Positions 54,503-64,000 of a stretch of DNA of 64,000 bases are shown here, one piece after another; position 1 is the first letter of the stretch, and each line of letters starts with the position of its first letter. The notes beneath the pieces were generated by a model that did no database searches, was not told the origin of the DNA, and worked only from the letters and a program-made list of their open reading frames with translations. Origin of the DNA: Bacilli bacterium (GTDB lineage Bacteria; Bacillota_I; Bacilli_A; RFN20; CAG-826). The stretch is from contig JAZRZD010000016.1 in assembly GCA_045601085.1 (NCBI GenBank), positions 10,162 to 74,161 of the forward strand. Reading direction: 5' to 3'. The position numbers and the translations under genes were made by a program.

Positions 54503-54954
54503 ATTATTTCTCCAACATTTAAATAATTAGATGAAATTGTGATTTCTCTATCTCCGTCATTATTAATTATTGCCACTTCTAAACAACTGTCTCTATTAAT
54601 AAATTCTTCAATGTATTGTGGCCATTCAATAAAAGTTAAGCCAGTTTCAATACCAATGAATTCATCTAATCCAATATCTTTGTTAGCGTCTTCTAATCTA
54701 TATGCATCAATGTGGACCAAAGGCTTAGTTCCCTCTAGATAAAGTTTCATGATATTGAACGTTGGAGATAAAACCTTCTCCTTAATAGAAAGACCACTAG
54801 CAACACCTTTAACTAAACACGTTTTGCCTGCACCTAAATCACCACACAAAATACAAACTGTGCCATTAGGCAAGACTTTTGCAAGAGTTTCGCCTAAGGA
54901 AAAAGTTTCTTCTGCTGATTTGCAGCATATATTTTTTTTATATTTATATTCCAT
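54499..54954 (-). CDS. tsaE: tRNA threonylcarbamoyladenosine biosynthesis ATPase TsaE
   Basis: P-loop GDLGAGKT. The start is probably Met16 (MEYKYKK), since the longer ORF overlaps the upstream gene extensively. Confidence 0.8.
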   Translation of the reverse strand: MEYKYKKNICCKSAEETFSLGETLAKVLPNGTVCILCGDLGAGKTCLVKGVASGLSIKEKVLSPTFNIMKLYLEGTKPLVHIDAYRLEDANKDIGLDEFIGIETGLTFIEWPQYIEEFINRDSCLEVAIINNDGDREITISSNYLNVGEII

Positions 54955-55480
54955 GTTTTTTGAATGTCTTTTCTTTATAGATTGCGTAATAGTTTTCAAT
55001 GTTTGAATCAGCGAATGGGAATGTTCCTTCCTTCATTTTCTTAACTATTTCCTCAGTTTGATAATTAAGAACTTTATCTAATTCATCACTATAACCATAT
55101 CTTTTCATATGTTTTCCATATTCTTTTTCATCTAGGATTTTAATGGATTTGTCAGGGAATAATTTTGCATCTAAATCGTAATCAATATATACAATACTTT
55201 CCTTAGACAAAATAGCAGGGGAAGCAATATTGCAGTAATAACAAATGCCGTCATTTTTAAACATGCAAATTACATTCCACCATTCTTTTTTTGAGAAAAT
55301 AGTAACTGCAGGTTCATGTGTAAACCAACATCTTCCGTTAGTTTCTGTAACTTTAGCTTTTCTAGAAGCAATAACAATAAAGTCTTCATTATCTTCCACA
55401 ACAAAACCTCGATCCCATCTACGGTGAATGGATCCATCATGTTTATAAGAAGATATATAGACCCAGGAATTCTTCTTCAT
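54944..55480 (-). CDS. DUF402-family protein (YgaC/Ntdp-like putative nucleoside di/triphosphatase)
   Basis: 178 aa. General resemblance to DUF402 (FomD/Ntdp) proteins. Assigned from memory of the family, not from a strong motif. Confidence 0.4.
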   Translation of the reverse strand: MKKNSWVYISSYKHDGSIHRRWDRGFVVEDNEDFIVIASRKAKVTETNGRCWFTHEPAVTIFSKKEWWNVICMFKNDGICYYCNIASPAILSKESIVYIDYDLDAKLFPDKSIKILDEKEYGKHMKRYGYSDELDKVLNYQTEEIVKKMKEGTFPFADSNIENYYAIYKEKTFKKHGI

Positions 55481-55484
55481 AAAA

Positions 55485-56456
55485 CTACTTAATTAATAAT
55501 GTCGCAAGTTTTAATGCTTCAGTAACCTGTTCCTTAGCAATATTTAAAGTTTCACCATTAACTGGTTTATCAAAAGGCACATTGATAATTGCATTGCTAT
55601 AACTTAAATAAATACCAGTATGTCCTTCAAATACAACAATGGTGAAATTGAGTAATGGCTCTTTAATTTTGATTGCCTTTGCAGCAGAGACAAATTTGCT
55701 ACCTAATGCTTTAACAGCTTCTGCATTTGCTGCATAAATTGTAGTGTCTTCATCTTTAGAAATTTCTTGCAAATCTTCAACATTATTTGGAATATCGTAT
55801 TTTTGATCACCAGAAGTTTGAGTAGTAATAACCACTCTTCCATTAAGAGAAACATCGTTCCTAATTGTGATATATTTACCTGCGAATAAAACTTCAGTAC
55901 ATTGACGTTTTTTCTCGTCAATAAATTGTTTGTTCATTGAAATATCATAAGTATCAAAACCTGTTCCCTTAATTGTGCCACTAATATGATCGCGGCAGAA
56001 AAATGCAGTAACATCTTTATATACAAAATCGGAATTAATGTCACTTTGAGGAATCTTTCCATCAATTTCCCAACATAACTCTGATACGTCAGGGTTATTG
56101 AAAATGATTTTGTTATAACAATCAGTTACGATTTCTATGTACTTTTTAACATGAACTGGATATTTTCTTTTTCTCCAGAAATACATAAAAATTGTATAGG
56201 CAATCGCTAATCCAATAACTCCAACACCTGCCCACATAAGGCCTGGAATTTCCTTATTTACAAACATAATTAAGCCGCCACATGTTAGGGCAACAACAAC
56301 AATCATATTAATAACAGACCATCTTTTATTAGATTTAAAATCTTTTAAAACAGATTCACGTTCAGCCTCTATTTTTTCAAGACATTCATTCTCTGGAGCC
56401 ATAACTATAGGGGCTATAACGTTTTCATTGATAACTTTTGTTTCTCTTTTTCGCAT
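55485..56456 (-). CDS. hypothetical membrane-anchored protein
   Basis: 323 aa. Short cytoplasmic N-terminus, two TM helices (residues ~50-95), then a ~220-aa C-terminal domain with no recognisable motif. Confidence 0.45.
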   Translation of the reverse strand: MRKRETKVINENVIAPIVMAPENECLEKIEAERESVLKDFKSNKRWSVINMIVVVALTCGGLIMFVNKEIPGLMWAGVGVIGLAIAYTIFMYFWRKRKYPVHVKKYIEIVTDCYNKIIFNNPDVSELCWEIDGKIPQSDINSDFVYKDVTAFFCRDHISGTIKGTGFDTYDISMNKQFIDEKKRQCTEVLFAGKYITIRNDVSLNGRVVITTQTSGDQKYDIPNNVEDLQEISKDEDTTIYAANAEAVKALGSKFVSAAKAIKIKEPLLNFTIVVFEGHTGIYLSYSNAIINVPFDKPVNGETLNIAKEQVTEALKLATLLIK

Positions 56457-56519
56457 AAAAAGACCTCGCTACATATAAATATAGCATATATTAATCACTT
56501 TAGTGAATGCCCTATGGAA

Positions 56520-57443
56520 TTATTTGAAACGTTTATTTATTCTTCCTATTACTGGATACAAAATAACCGAGCAAACTAAACAAATTCCTAAAGATGGAAG
56601 AATATAAGGCAATTGATATATAAGCGATGGAATAAAAGACAAGTTATAGTAAATAATTCCTGACAATGTAGCTGCGGATAAACGTATAAATCCAAATAAT
56701 AAAATTCCAACAATTAAAAACATTATTGAAAACTTATTCTTTTTAAATATCAAACCATTGAAAAGTCCCACAACACTTACCGCACCAAATCCAAGTAAAT
56801 AATCAAATGGATAGGTAAATAAACCATACCCATCGAGCAAACAACTTACAAAACCAAATATAATCCCACAGCCAAGAAATGATTTAACAAATCCTTTACG
56901 TAATGCCAAAACAATTAAAGGCAAACAAGAAAAAGAAATAGAACCGCCTGAAGAACCAATCTTTATCTTAAACATCGGAAGATCTAGCACTAAAGCCATA
57001 CCAACAAGAATTCCTATCTCACATATGTCTTGAATTGATAAAGCAAACTTCCCAAAAATTCTTGATAAATATGTAAATAAAAAATATAAAAACACGATGA
57101 TATAAATTAGGAAACATCCACTATAATTTATAATATCTAAATTTAACCCACTTGTTAAAGATAATACATATGGAAATGTGAAAAACATTACAATGGAAAT
57201 AACTAGGACAAGAAATCCAATAATATTAATATAATTTTTATTTGGGAAGAAACTTAAAAATATAAATCCAAAAATTAAAAATAATAGGATATTTGCATAT
57301 AAAATCAACACTAAATCATTTGAATTTAATAAATAATCAAATACAGATAAATATGACTTATTGATTAAGAATATTGGACCAAAAATCAAGCTTAAAAATA
57401 TAAGCAATAAGATGCTAATTTTTATGTAACAAGTTTTAACCAT
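56520..57443 (-). CDS. TPP-riboswitch-controlled membrane transporter; the C-terminal half resembles an ECF S-component (ThiT/ThiW-like) and the N-terminus adds extra TM helices
   Basis: The start is moved to the ATG at 57443 (MVKTCYIKI), which has AAGGAGG 8 nt upstream. The ORF-track N-terminus lies inside the riboswitch. Polytopic. Conserved-looking block LDLPMFKIKIGSSGGSISFSCLP. Confidence 0.55.
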   Translation of the reverse strand: MVKTCYIKISILLLIFLSLIFGPIFLINKSYLSVFDYLLNSNDLVLILYANILLFLIFGFIFLSFFPNKNYINIIGFLVLVISIVMFFTFPYVLSLTSGLNLDIINYSGCFLIYIIVFLYFLFTYLSRIFGKFALSIQDICEIGILVGMALVLDLPMFKIKIGSSGGSISFSCLPLIVLALRKGFVKSFLGCGIIFGFVSCLLDGYGLFTYPFDYLLGFGAVSVVGLFNGLIFKKNKFSIMFLIVGILLFGFIRLSAATLSGIIYYNLSFIPSLIYQLPYILPSLGICLVCSVILYPVIGRINKRFK

Positions 57444-57450
57444 AAAAATA

Positions 57451-57565
57451 ACCTCCTTTCGGAGGCAAAATACAACTTCCTCCGCCAGCATTATCTGGAT
57501 CAGGTAAGGTCGATTCGAAGAAGAATCCTCTCAGCCGAGTTATTGCTCAGCTCCCTATCAATATT
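57451..57565 (-). ncRNA. TPP (thiamine pyrophosphate) riboswitch with an SD-sequestering expression platform
   Basis: The minus strand reads ...GGGAGCUGAGCAAUAACUCGGCUGAGAGG...CGACCUUACCUGAUCCAGAUAAUGCUGGCGGAGGAAG... This matches the THI-box consensus (CUGAGA; ACCUGAUCUGGAUAAUGCCAGCG). Downstream, a CCUCC-GAAA-GGAGG hairpin covers the RBS. Confidence 0.75.
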
Positions 57566-57575
57566 CTAAACTTTT

Positions 57576-58250
57576 TTAGTTGTTAATCCACTTAATTTCT
57601 TTAAGCTTATTCTTTTTTAAATATTCATTGGCTAACTTAAAATGATTACAGCCGAACCAACCACCTCTATTTGCAGATAATGGTGAAGGATGGTTTGCTT
57701 CTAAAATTAAATGATTAGGATTGTTGAGATACTTTTTAAGTTTCTTTGCATTGCCACCCCAAAGCATAAAAACCATTGGTCTAAATTGGTGGTCAAGAGT
57801 CTCGAGTATATCACCAAGAAATTTATGATAATCATCAATATTATGAGATAAAGGTTCATGTTCCCTAACAGTTAACAAGGAGTTTAATAAGAACACGCCT
57901 TGTTTTGCTAAATAAGTTAAATCCCCAGAGTTAAAAGACATTGAAGTTTGATATTCATCCGCTATTTCTTTATAAATATTTTTTAAGCTTGGAGGCAAGA
58001 CTATACCAGAAGGGACAGAAAATGCTAGTCCCATTGCTTGACCAGGTTCATGATATGGATCTTGACCAATGATAACCACTTTTATATCTTCTAGTTTTGT
58101 TAGCTTAAAAGCATTAAACATTAAAGGCCTTGGTGGATAAACCGTGTGAGTAGAATATTCTTCATCTAAAAACTTGTTTAAAGACTTTGAATAGTCTTTC
58201 TCTTTAATGTACGCAAATGCCTCATTCCATGTTTTGAAAGATTTAATCAT
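57576..58250 (-). CDS. ung: uracil-DNA glycosylase (family 1)
   Basis: 224 aa. GQDPYH and HPSPLS motifs. Confidence 0.9.
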   Translation of the reverse strand: MIKSFKTWNEAFAYIKEKDYSKSLNKFLDEEYSTHTVYPPRPLMFNAFKLTKLEDIKVVIIGQDPYHEPGQAMGLAFSVPSGIVLPPSLKNIYKEIADEYQTSMSFNSGDLTYLAKQGVFLLNSLLTVREHEPLSHNIDDYHKFLGDILETLDHQFRPMVFMLWGGNAKKLKKYLNNPNHLILEANHPSPLSANRGGWFGCNHFKLANEYLKKNKLKEIKWINN

Positions 58251-58290
58251 ATTCGTAATTTTATCATTATCTTATATAATAAGAAAGAAT

Positions 58291-59367
58291 ATGAAAGTAT
58301 TAGTTGTATTCAATCATCCTGCACCATATAAAGTTAAACAATTTAACGAATTAGCTAAATTGGTTGATTTAACTGTAATATTTGAAAGAGATTCTGCAAG
58401 TGATAGACCTGCATCTTTTTACGCTAATAACAATTATCAATTCTCACACATGTTCTTACTTACTGGATATTACGGAAAAGAAAACTCCCGTTCCAATGAA
58501 TTAAGAAATTATTTAAAAATCCATGCTAAAGAATTTGATCATATCATAATGAATGGCTATAGCACTTCATGCGAAAGAAAGGCCATCAAATATTTACATA
58601 AAGAAAGGATTCCTTTTATCTTAATGATTAATGGAGGGGTCATCCATAAAGAAACATTTATTAAATCACTTTATAAAAAGTCTTATATATCAAAAGCATG
58701 TAGATATCTTTCTCCAAATGTAGAATCAAATAAATATTTATTAAAATATGGGGCTAAACAAAATCTAATTGATTTATATCCATATTCATCAATCTTAAAA
58801 TCTGATATATCAACCGCTAAATTAACAGAAGAAGAAAAAGTTCAAATCTTAAACGAATATAATCTTCCAAATAAGGGCATTATTATTTGCCCAAATCAAT
58901 TCATAAAAAGAAAAAATAACTTAGTTTTGATAGAGTATTTCAAAGATTTGCCTCAAAATCTTGTATTAGTAGGCAACGGTCCTTTAAAGCATAAATACGA
59001 AAGAATTATCAAAAGAAATCATCTTAAAAATGTATTCATTATTAACCCTGTAACAAAAGAAAAACTCTTTAGTTTATATAAAGCTTCCGACGGCACAATA
59101 TCCTTATCAAAAGAAGACATCTTTGGTCATACAGTAATTGAGAGCTTTGCGTGTGGCACTCCTGTTATTGCTTCCAGTGATATTATTGCGGCAAAAACAT
59201 CAATCATAAATGGTAACAATGGATTTATTGTTGATCCAAATAACAAAGAATGTGTGATTGAAGCAATTAGCAATATTAAATCTATTGATTTTGATAATTG
59301 TGTTAAAACAGCACAAACGATGACACTTGATTTAAGTGCTTTAAAAATAAAGGAATCACTAAAATGA
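58291..59367 (+). CDS. glycosyltransferase family 4 (GT-B, retaining)
   Basis: The start is moved to the ATG at 58291 (MKVLVVF). C-terminal EX7E-like region EDIFGHTVIESFACGTPVIAS. Confidence 0.75.
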   Translation: MKVLVVFNHPAPYKVKQFNELAKLVDLTVIFERDSASDRPASFYANNNYQFSHMFLLTGYYGKENSRSNELRNYLKIHAKEFDHIIMNGYSTSCERKAIKYLHKERIPFILMINGGVIHKETFIKSLYKKSYISKACRYLSPNVESNKYLLKYGAKQNLIDLYPYSSILKSDISTAKLTEEEKVQILNEYNLPNKGIIICPNQFIKRKNNLVLIEYFKDLPQNLVLVGNGPLKHKYERIIKRNHLKNVFIINPVTKEKLFSLYKASDGTISLSKEDIFGHTVIESFACGTPVIASSDIIAAKTSIINGNNGFIVDPNNKECVIEAISNIKSIDFDNCVKTAQTMTLDLSALKIKESLK

Positions 59368-60521
59368 ACATTATATATATAACTACGGCACAAGACCAAA
59401 ATGCATATAAAAACTTTGTTGCGTTATGGTCAAAAAAACCAAATCCAAGCAATCAAAATTTCCATAATAAGATGATAAGGTGTCTATCCAAAACTAATAG
59501 GGTAGATGTTATTTCAATTCGCCCATTTTCAAGAACAATGGTAAAAACAAACAAGTTAATTAGTACTGAAAATGTAACCACAAATATCCACTGGCACTAC
59601 ATTGCCATTAAACGAAATTTATTTTTTAGATTTACAAACGTATTAAATGAAAGCTTAAAAATTTGTAAAAATTTGCCAAGTGACGCAATTATTGTTTGCG
59701 ATTCAATAAACCCACTTTGCGTTGCGGCAGCAGATAAAATTAGAAAGAAACTCAAACTTAAGACAGTAACATTCTGTACAGATTCGCCAAGTAACATTAC
59801 TGGAACTAAAAAGTCTTACACTATGTATCTACTAAATAAAGCAAAGAAGTTTGACGGATACATTTCCTTAACTACCGAACTCGGCGAATTATATGGTGAG
59901 AATAATCCAAATCATTTAGTGATTGAAGGAATAGTTGAACCATTAAAAAATCATCCAGGACAAATTTCTCTTACTCGTCCATATTTCTTTTTTGGAGGAG
60001 CACTATTACCTAGATACGGTATCTATGAACTTATAGATGCATTCAATGAATTCTCAGCATTTAATAAAGATGTCGATTTAGTAATATGCGGACATCACGC
60101 TGATGAACAAACAATTGAAAAATGTATAAAAAACAATGCAAATATCAAATATTTTGGAACTCTTGATGTTGCGGATATTATTTCATTAGAGCAAAATTCT
60201 CTTGCTTGTATTAACCCTAGACCTTTTAATGCTGACTTAGATCGTTATTCTATTCCAAGCAAAACAATTGAATACTTTAATAGTGGCAGAATTACCATTT
60301 CAGGAAGATCAAGTAAGTTACAAAAGAACTTCTTTAATGAAGCTATCTGGCTAAAAGAATCAACAAAAGATGAAATTAGAAATGCGTTAAACAAAGTTGT
60401 ATCAATGGATGAAAAAGAAAGAAATGAAATTGCTTTATCAGCTCAAAATAAAGCTCAAAAATTATATTCATTCGATGTTATAAATAAGAAAATACTAGAC
60501 TTTTTATCAACGATTCGTTAA
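59364..60521 (+). CDS. glycosyltransferase (GT-B fold, GT1/GT4-like)
   Basis: 385 aa. Overlaps the upstream GT by 4 nt. The C-terminal domain has the GT-B architecture. Confidence 0.65.
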   Translation: MNIIYITTAQDQNAYKNFVALWSKKPNPSNQNFHNKMIRCLSKTNRVDVISIRPFSRTMVKTNKLISTENVTTNIHWHYIAIKRNLFFRFTNVLNESLKICKNLPSDAIIVCDSINPLCVAAADKIRKKLKLKTVTFCTDSPSNITGTKKSYTMYLLNKAKKFDGYISLTTELGELYGENNPNHLVIEGIVEPLKNHPGQISLTRPYFFFGGALLPRYGIYELIDAFNEFSAFNKDVDLVICGHHADEQTIEKCIKNNANIKYFGTLDVADIISLEQNSLACINPRPFNADLDRYSIPSKTIEYFNSGRITISGRSSKLQKNFFNEAIWLKESTKDEIRNALNKVVSMDEKERNEIALSAQNKAQKLYSFDVINKKILDFLSTIR

Positions 60522-61679
60522 AGAATCATTTATATTTTTAATCATGGCATTATAGGAGAAGGTATTATCATAATATCTTTTTGAATTGTCTCCTAATGCC
60601 TTAATATCTGATTTATCCATATTACCGAACTTTTCAATTGCCTCAGCAATAGCATGGAAATCATTATTAACAACAAAACCACATTGGGCATCTTCAATTA
60701 CTTTTTTGCCATCACCACTTAAAACGCCCAATATTGGTTTAGCAAAACACATTGCCATCTCTAATTTGTTAGGAATTGTTTTACCAACATAACCATTATC
60801 AGCTAAATAAACATAGATAGCATCAGCACCGCTAACATACTCAACTGCTTTCTTACTTGGAATTGGGCCATAGTAAATTACGTCAGATTTAAATTTATTA
60901 ATATTTTCTTCCAACTCACCACTTTTTGGACCCATACCAATGATATGGAAACTAATATTTTTATTATTTACTAAAGACATTATTTCTGGAATATCTTCAA
61001 CGTGTTGTAATAAACCAATATTTCCACAATATAAAATGTTAAAGCCTTTTCCATATGACTTAACTTCATTTGTAGATTCAATTAATGAGCATTGAGGAAC
61101 ATATGAATATTTCATATCCTTAATCTTCAAGACGTTTTTAAAATATTCTTCAAAAGAAGGTGATCCTAATAATATTTCATCTGCTCTTTTGTAAAGTTTC
61201 TTACTCCAAACATAAAGAATCTTATATGCAAGGGAAGACTTTCTTAAAGCCTTAGTAGCAAGTACACTTTCAGGCCATAAATCAACGCAATGAACGATAT
61301 GCTTAACATTATGTTTTTTCTTATATAAATTTCCAGCGGCTAATATAGTAACTGGTGAAAGAGACATAGAATAAACAATATCGAATTTTTCTTTTGTTTT
61401 TTTGACCCACTTTTTAGATTTTTTCCAATATGACAAATAGTTAGAAATAATAGAAATACGGGACTTTTGACGTGGTTTTACAGTTAATCTAATAACTTTA
61501 ACACCATTAAGATTTTCTTCATCTACATCTTTATATTCTTCTAAAATTTTGTTGTATCCGTAGTTAGGCTTACAAGTTAAAACTGTTACATCATGTCCAA
61601 AAGAAACAAGCCCTTCACAAATCTTTGTAATAACAAAGTTTTCTGGATAATAATATTGGCATACACACAAAATTTTCAT
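60507..61679 (-). CDS. glycosyltransferase family 4
   Basis: 390 aa. The N-terminus MKILCVCQYYYPE is typical of GT4. Convergent with the upstream GT (15-nt overlap). Confidence 0.75.
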   Translation of the reverse strand: MKILCVCQYYYPENFVITKICEGLVSFGHDVTVLTCKPNYGYNKILEEYKDVDEENLNGVKVIRLTVKPRQKSRISIISNYLSYWKKSKKWVKKTKEKFDIVYSMSLSPVTILAAGNLYKKKHNVKHIVHCVDLWPESVLATKALRKSSLAYKILYVWSKKLYKRADEILLGSPSFEEYFKNVLKIKDMKYSYVPQCSLIESTNEVKSYGKGFNILYCGNIGLLQHVEDIPEIMSLVNNKNISFHIIGMGPKSGELEENINKFKSDVIYYGPIPSKKAVEYVSGADAIYVYLADNGYVGKTIPNKLEMAMCFAKPILGVLSGDGKKVIEDAQCGFVVNNDFHAIAEAIEKFGNMDKSDIKALGDNSKRYYDNTFSYNAMIKNINDSLTNR

Positions 61680-61717
61680 AGATAAATAATACCATATCTT
61701 AAGAAAATGAATAGAAT

Positions 61718-63325
61718 ATGCCTTATAAATGGCTAAATGGAATTTTATTCCAAATCTCTATTTCGAAAGATATAATAATATTTATGCATAACAATATAAG
61801 AATTAATGTCATTGTAAACATAATTAGAACTTTTGTTCTTACCTTGCTTTCTTTTATAACATTCCCATGGGTTTGCCGTGCATTAGGAGATTCTGTTCTT
61901 GGATCTTATACATGGGCAAACACTTTTGTTGCATATTTTTTAATATTGGCAAAAGTTGGAATCCCAAATTTGGCAGTTAGAGAATGTGTAAAAGTTAGAG
62001 ACAATAAAGAGCTCTTATCGAACAAAGTTCAAACATTCTTTTTAATCCAACTTGTTACTACACTCATATCATTCGCATTACTTTGTATAACAATATTCAG
62101 CATTCCCGCATTCTTTAACGATCAATCTTTAATTCTTGTTTTATCCATTAACTTCTTAGCAGGTGTCTATTCATTTGAATGGGTATTTATCGCATTAGAA
62201 AAACAATTCTACATGTCTGTTAGAAGCATTATTGCTTTAGCATTAAGCGCTTTATTAATTGTCGTGTTTGTAACCACTCCAAGTGATGTTTATATTTACG
62301 CTTTATTTGCAGTGTCAGTTACAATATTCACCACCATCGCAAATCTATTCTTTGTCAGGAAATATGTGTCCTTTAAAAAGACAATGAAATACTCGATTAA
62401 AGAATTAATTAAACCTTTAGCAGTTCTTTGTGCATTATCTCTATGTTTATCCTTATATAACCAAACAGATACATTTATTCTTGGTTTTATTGATTCAACT
62501 AAAGCTCAAGTTGGAAGCTATTCAGTAGGCATAAAAGGAATTGATATTATTATTGGAATAATAACCGCTTTATCAACTGTATTTATTCCAAGAAGTGCTT
62601 ACTATTATGAAAAAGAAGACAAAAGATTCTTCAAAAATCTTACTAAATACTCAATTAATATTTGTTTGTTTGTTGTTTTACCAGCAGTAGCAACAATGAC
62701 AGTTTTATCTAGACCTATCTGTGGTCTTATTTCTGGTAACTATAACTTTGCTGATTCCACTCTTGGATATAATGATTCTCCTTGGGTTTTAATAGCACTC
62801 TCCTCTGTAATGTTAACATTCTCATTATCAGATATTATTTATGGGCAAATTCTTTTACCAACAAAGAAAGAAAATCATTACTTATTTGCCATCCTTTCAG
62901 GCACAATTTTAAATATTGCTCTTTCACTAATATTAGGGGGTTTAGTATTTACTGATCACCCTGCAATTGGCGTTGCTATTGGCACATCCTTAACAGATTT
63001 ATTAGTGTTTGGATATTTAGTTATCATCTCTTGGAAATGGGTAAAAGATGCGATATTTAACATGAATTCTTTAAAAATATTATTGGTCGCTATACTTGTT
63101 GTTGGAGTCTCTATTGGCAGTCAATATCTATTAGACTTCATTTTTGCTTCTATTAATTTATCTGATAGTGTTTCTGCAATATTAAAAATTGTCATTATTA
63201 TTGTTGTAGCAGGAATTATATATTTAGGTTTATTAAAAGTATTAAAAGAAGACTTAATAATGTCTTTCTTTAAAAAGAATAAATTAGAAGATTATAATAA
63301 TGGCCAAGAGCCAGAAAATAAATAA
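61718..63325 (+). CDS. polysaccharide/oligosaccharide flippase (MOP superfamily, Wzx-like)
   Basis: 535 aa with about 14 TM helices. The true start may be Met23 (61784). Confidence 0.7.
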   Translation: MPYKWLNGILFQISISKDIIIFMHNNIRINVIVNIIRTFVLTLLSFITFPWVCRALGDSVLGSYTWANTFVAYFLILAKVGIPNLAVRECVKVRDNKELLSNKVQTFFLIQLVTTLISFALLCITIFSIPAFFNDQSLILVLSINFLAGVYSFEWVFIALEKQFYMSVRSIIALALSALLIVVFVTTPSDVYIYALFAVSVTIFTTIANLFFVRKYVSFKKTMKYSIKELIKPLAVLCALSLCLSLYNQTDTFILGFIDSTKAQVGSYSVGIKGIDIIIGIITALSTVFIPRSAYYYEKEDKRFFKNLTKYSINICLFVVLPAVATMTVLSRPICGLISGNYNFADSTLGYNDSPWVLIALSSVMLTFSLSDIIYGQILLPTKKENHYLFAILSGTILNIALSLILGGLVFTDHPAIGVAIGTSLTDLLVFGYLVIISWKWVKDAIFNMNSLKILLVAILVVGVSIGSQYLLDFIFASINLSDSVSAILKIVIIIVVAGIIYLGLLKVLKEDLIMSFFKKNKLEDYNNGQEPENK

Positions 63326-63660
63326 ATTAAAGCAAATACACCGAGCACCACTAGAACAATTATTCCAGCATATAAAAATGGTGCTTTTTTTATATTCTTT
63401 TGATCAATAAATTCTTGAGGAACATCTTGTTCAGAAATTATGTTGTTTTTATTTCTATATTTAATTTCTAATACATCAGTATAGATTAACCCAAATAAAA
63501 TATACGCAAATCCAATAACCGCAAGAAGCATCCAGTAAGGGAAACTATTGAAGCCACAACTATAACAAATAGCCCACACAATAAATGGGATGCCTACACC
63601 TAAAATAACAAGTGGACAACCAATAATATATGTAAACTTATTTTTAAGAGCAACAATCAT
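63292..63660 (-). CDS. hypothetical small membrane protein
   Basis: 122 aa with about 4 TM helices. Overlaps the flippase 3' end by 34 nt on the opposite strand. Confidence 0.35.
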   Translation of the reverse strand: MIVALKNKFTYIIGCPLVILGVGIPFIVWAICYSCGFNSFPYWMLLAVIGFAYILFGLIYTDVLEIKYRNKNNIISEQDVPQEFIDQKNIKKAPFLYAGIIVLVVLGVFALIYLFSGSWPLL

Positions 63661-63704
63661 AAAATCTCACCTTTTTTATTAAATAAAGTATACTAAATAA
63701 TATA

Positions 63705-64000
63705 TGGCAAATCCAAATCTTAAAGAAAATAAATTTAAACGTTTCTTTGCGGTTAGTGTAAGAAATTTAGTGAAACACGTAAGCAAAAAACAATATATAA
63801 AACTTCAATATAAATACATAACAAAACATAAGTTAAATTTGAAAAATCCTGTTAGATATACAGAAAAACTTCAATACTTACGTTTGTATACATATCCAAA
63901 ATGGAAAGAAGTCAGTAAATGTGCTTCAAGAGATGGCGCTAGAGAATATTTAAAAGAGTTATCGTTAGATAATCATTTAATTAAATGTTATGGCGTATTT
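63705..64000 (+). CDS. TupA-like ATP-grasp protein (N-terminal part; gene continues beyond window end)
   Basis: The partial ORF starting MANPNLKENKFKRFF...NPVRYTEKLQYLRLYTYP...SRDGAREYLKE resembles the N-terminal signature of ATPgrasp_TupA proteins in glycopolymer clusters. Confidence 0.5.

Overview
This is an AT-rich, standard-genetic-code genome segment from a low-GC Gram-positive (Bacillota) bacterium. The long N-extended Lgt and the overall gene content suggest an Erysipelotrichia-like organism, but that assignment is a guess. Almost all genes lie on the minus strand. About 80% of the window is core housekeeping: rapZ(partial)-trxB-lgt-uvrA; pyruvate:ferredoxin oxidoreductase; the conserved transcription/translation supercluster rpmG-secE-nusG | rplK-rplA-rplJ-rplL-methyltransferase-rpoB-rpoC-(hypothetical)-rpsL-rpsG-fusA-tuf; folT-folC-smpB; cobB; carD; pcrA-ligA-gatCAB-galE-hydrolase; asnS; tsaEBD-rimI; and ung. 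I found three tRNA genes (Lys-CUU, Ala-GGC, Arg-CCU), one unlisted small gene (rpmG, L33), a TPP riboswitch, ribosomal-protein leader regions and several intrinsic terminators. I found no CRISPR array, rRNA gene or obvious transposase or integrase. The parts that are not ordinary are listed below. (1) A small islet next to tRNA-Lys holds a solo AAA+ ATPase with iteron-like decamer repeats, a translationally coupled pair of tiny ORFs and a Rex-N-like small protein. (2) A thioredoxin-fold lipoprotein sits divergent from a coupled three-gene membrane-protein operon, one member of which carries a CGPC motif. (3) A PH/SHOCT membrane protein and a NERD nuclease are interleaved with two tRNA genes. 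(4) A ktrBA potassium-uptake pair is inserted on the opposite strand inside the otherwise universally conserved nusG-rplK junction. (5) A TPP riboswitch with an SD-sequestering hairpin controls an unusually long transporter resembling an energy-coupling-factor (ECF) transporter S component. (6) A cell-envelope glycopolymer cluster (three GT4 glycosyltransferases, a Wzx-like flippase and a TupA-like ATP-grasp) runs off the window end. None of these can be assigned to a named defence or mobile system from the sequence alone. They are hypotheses for follow-up.
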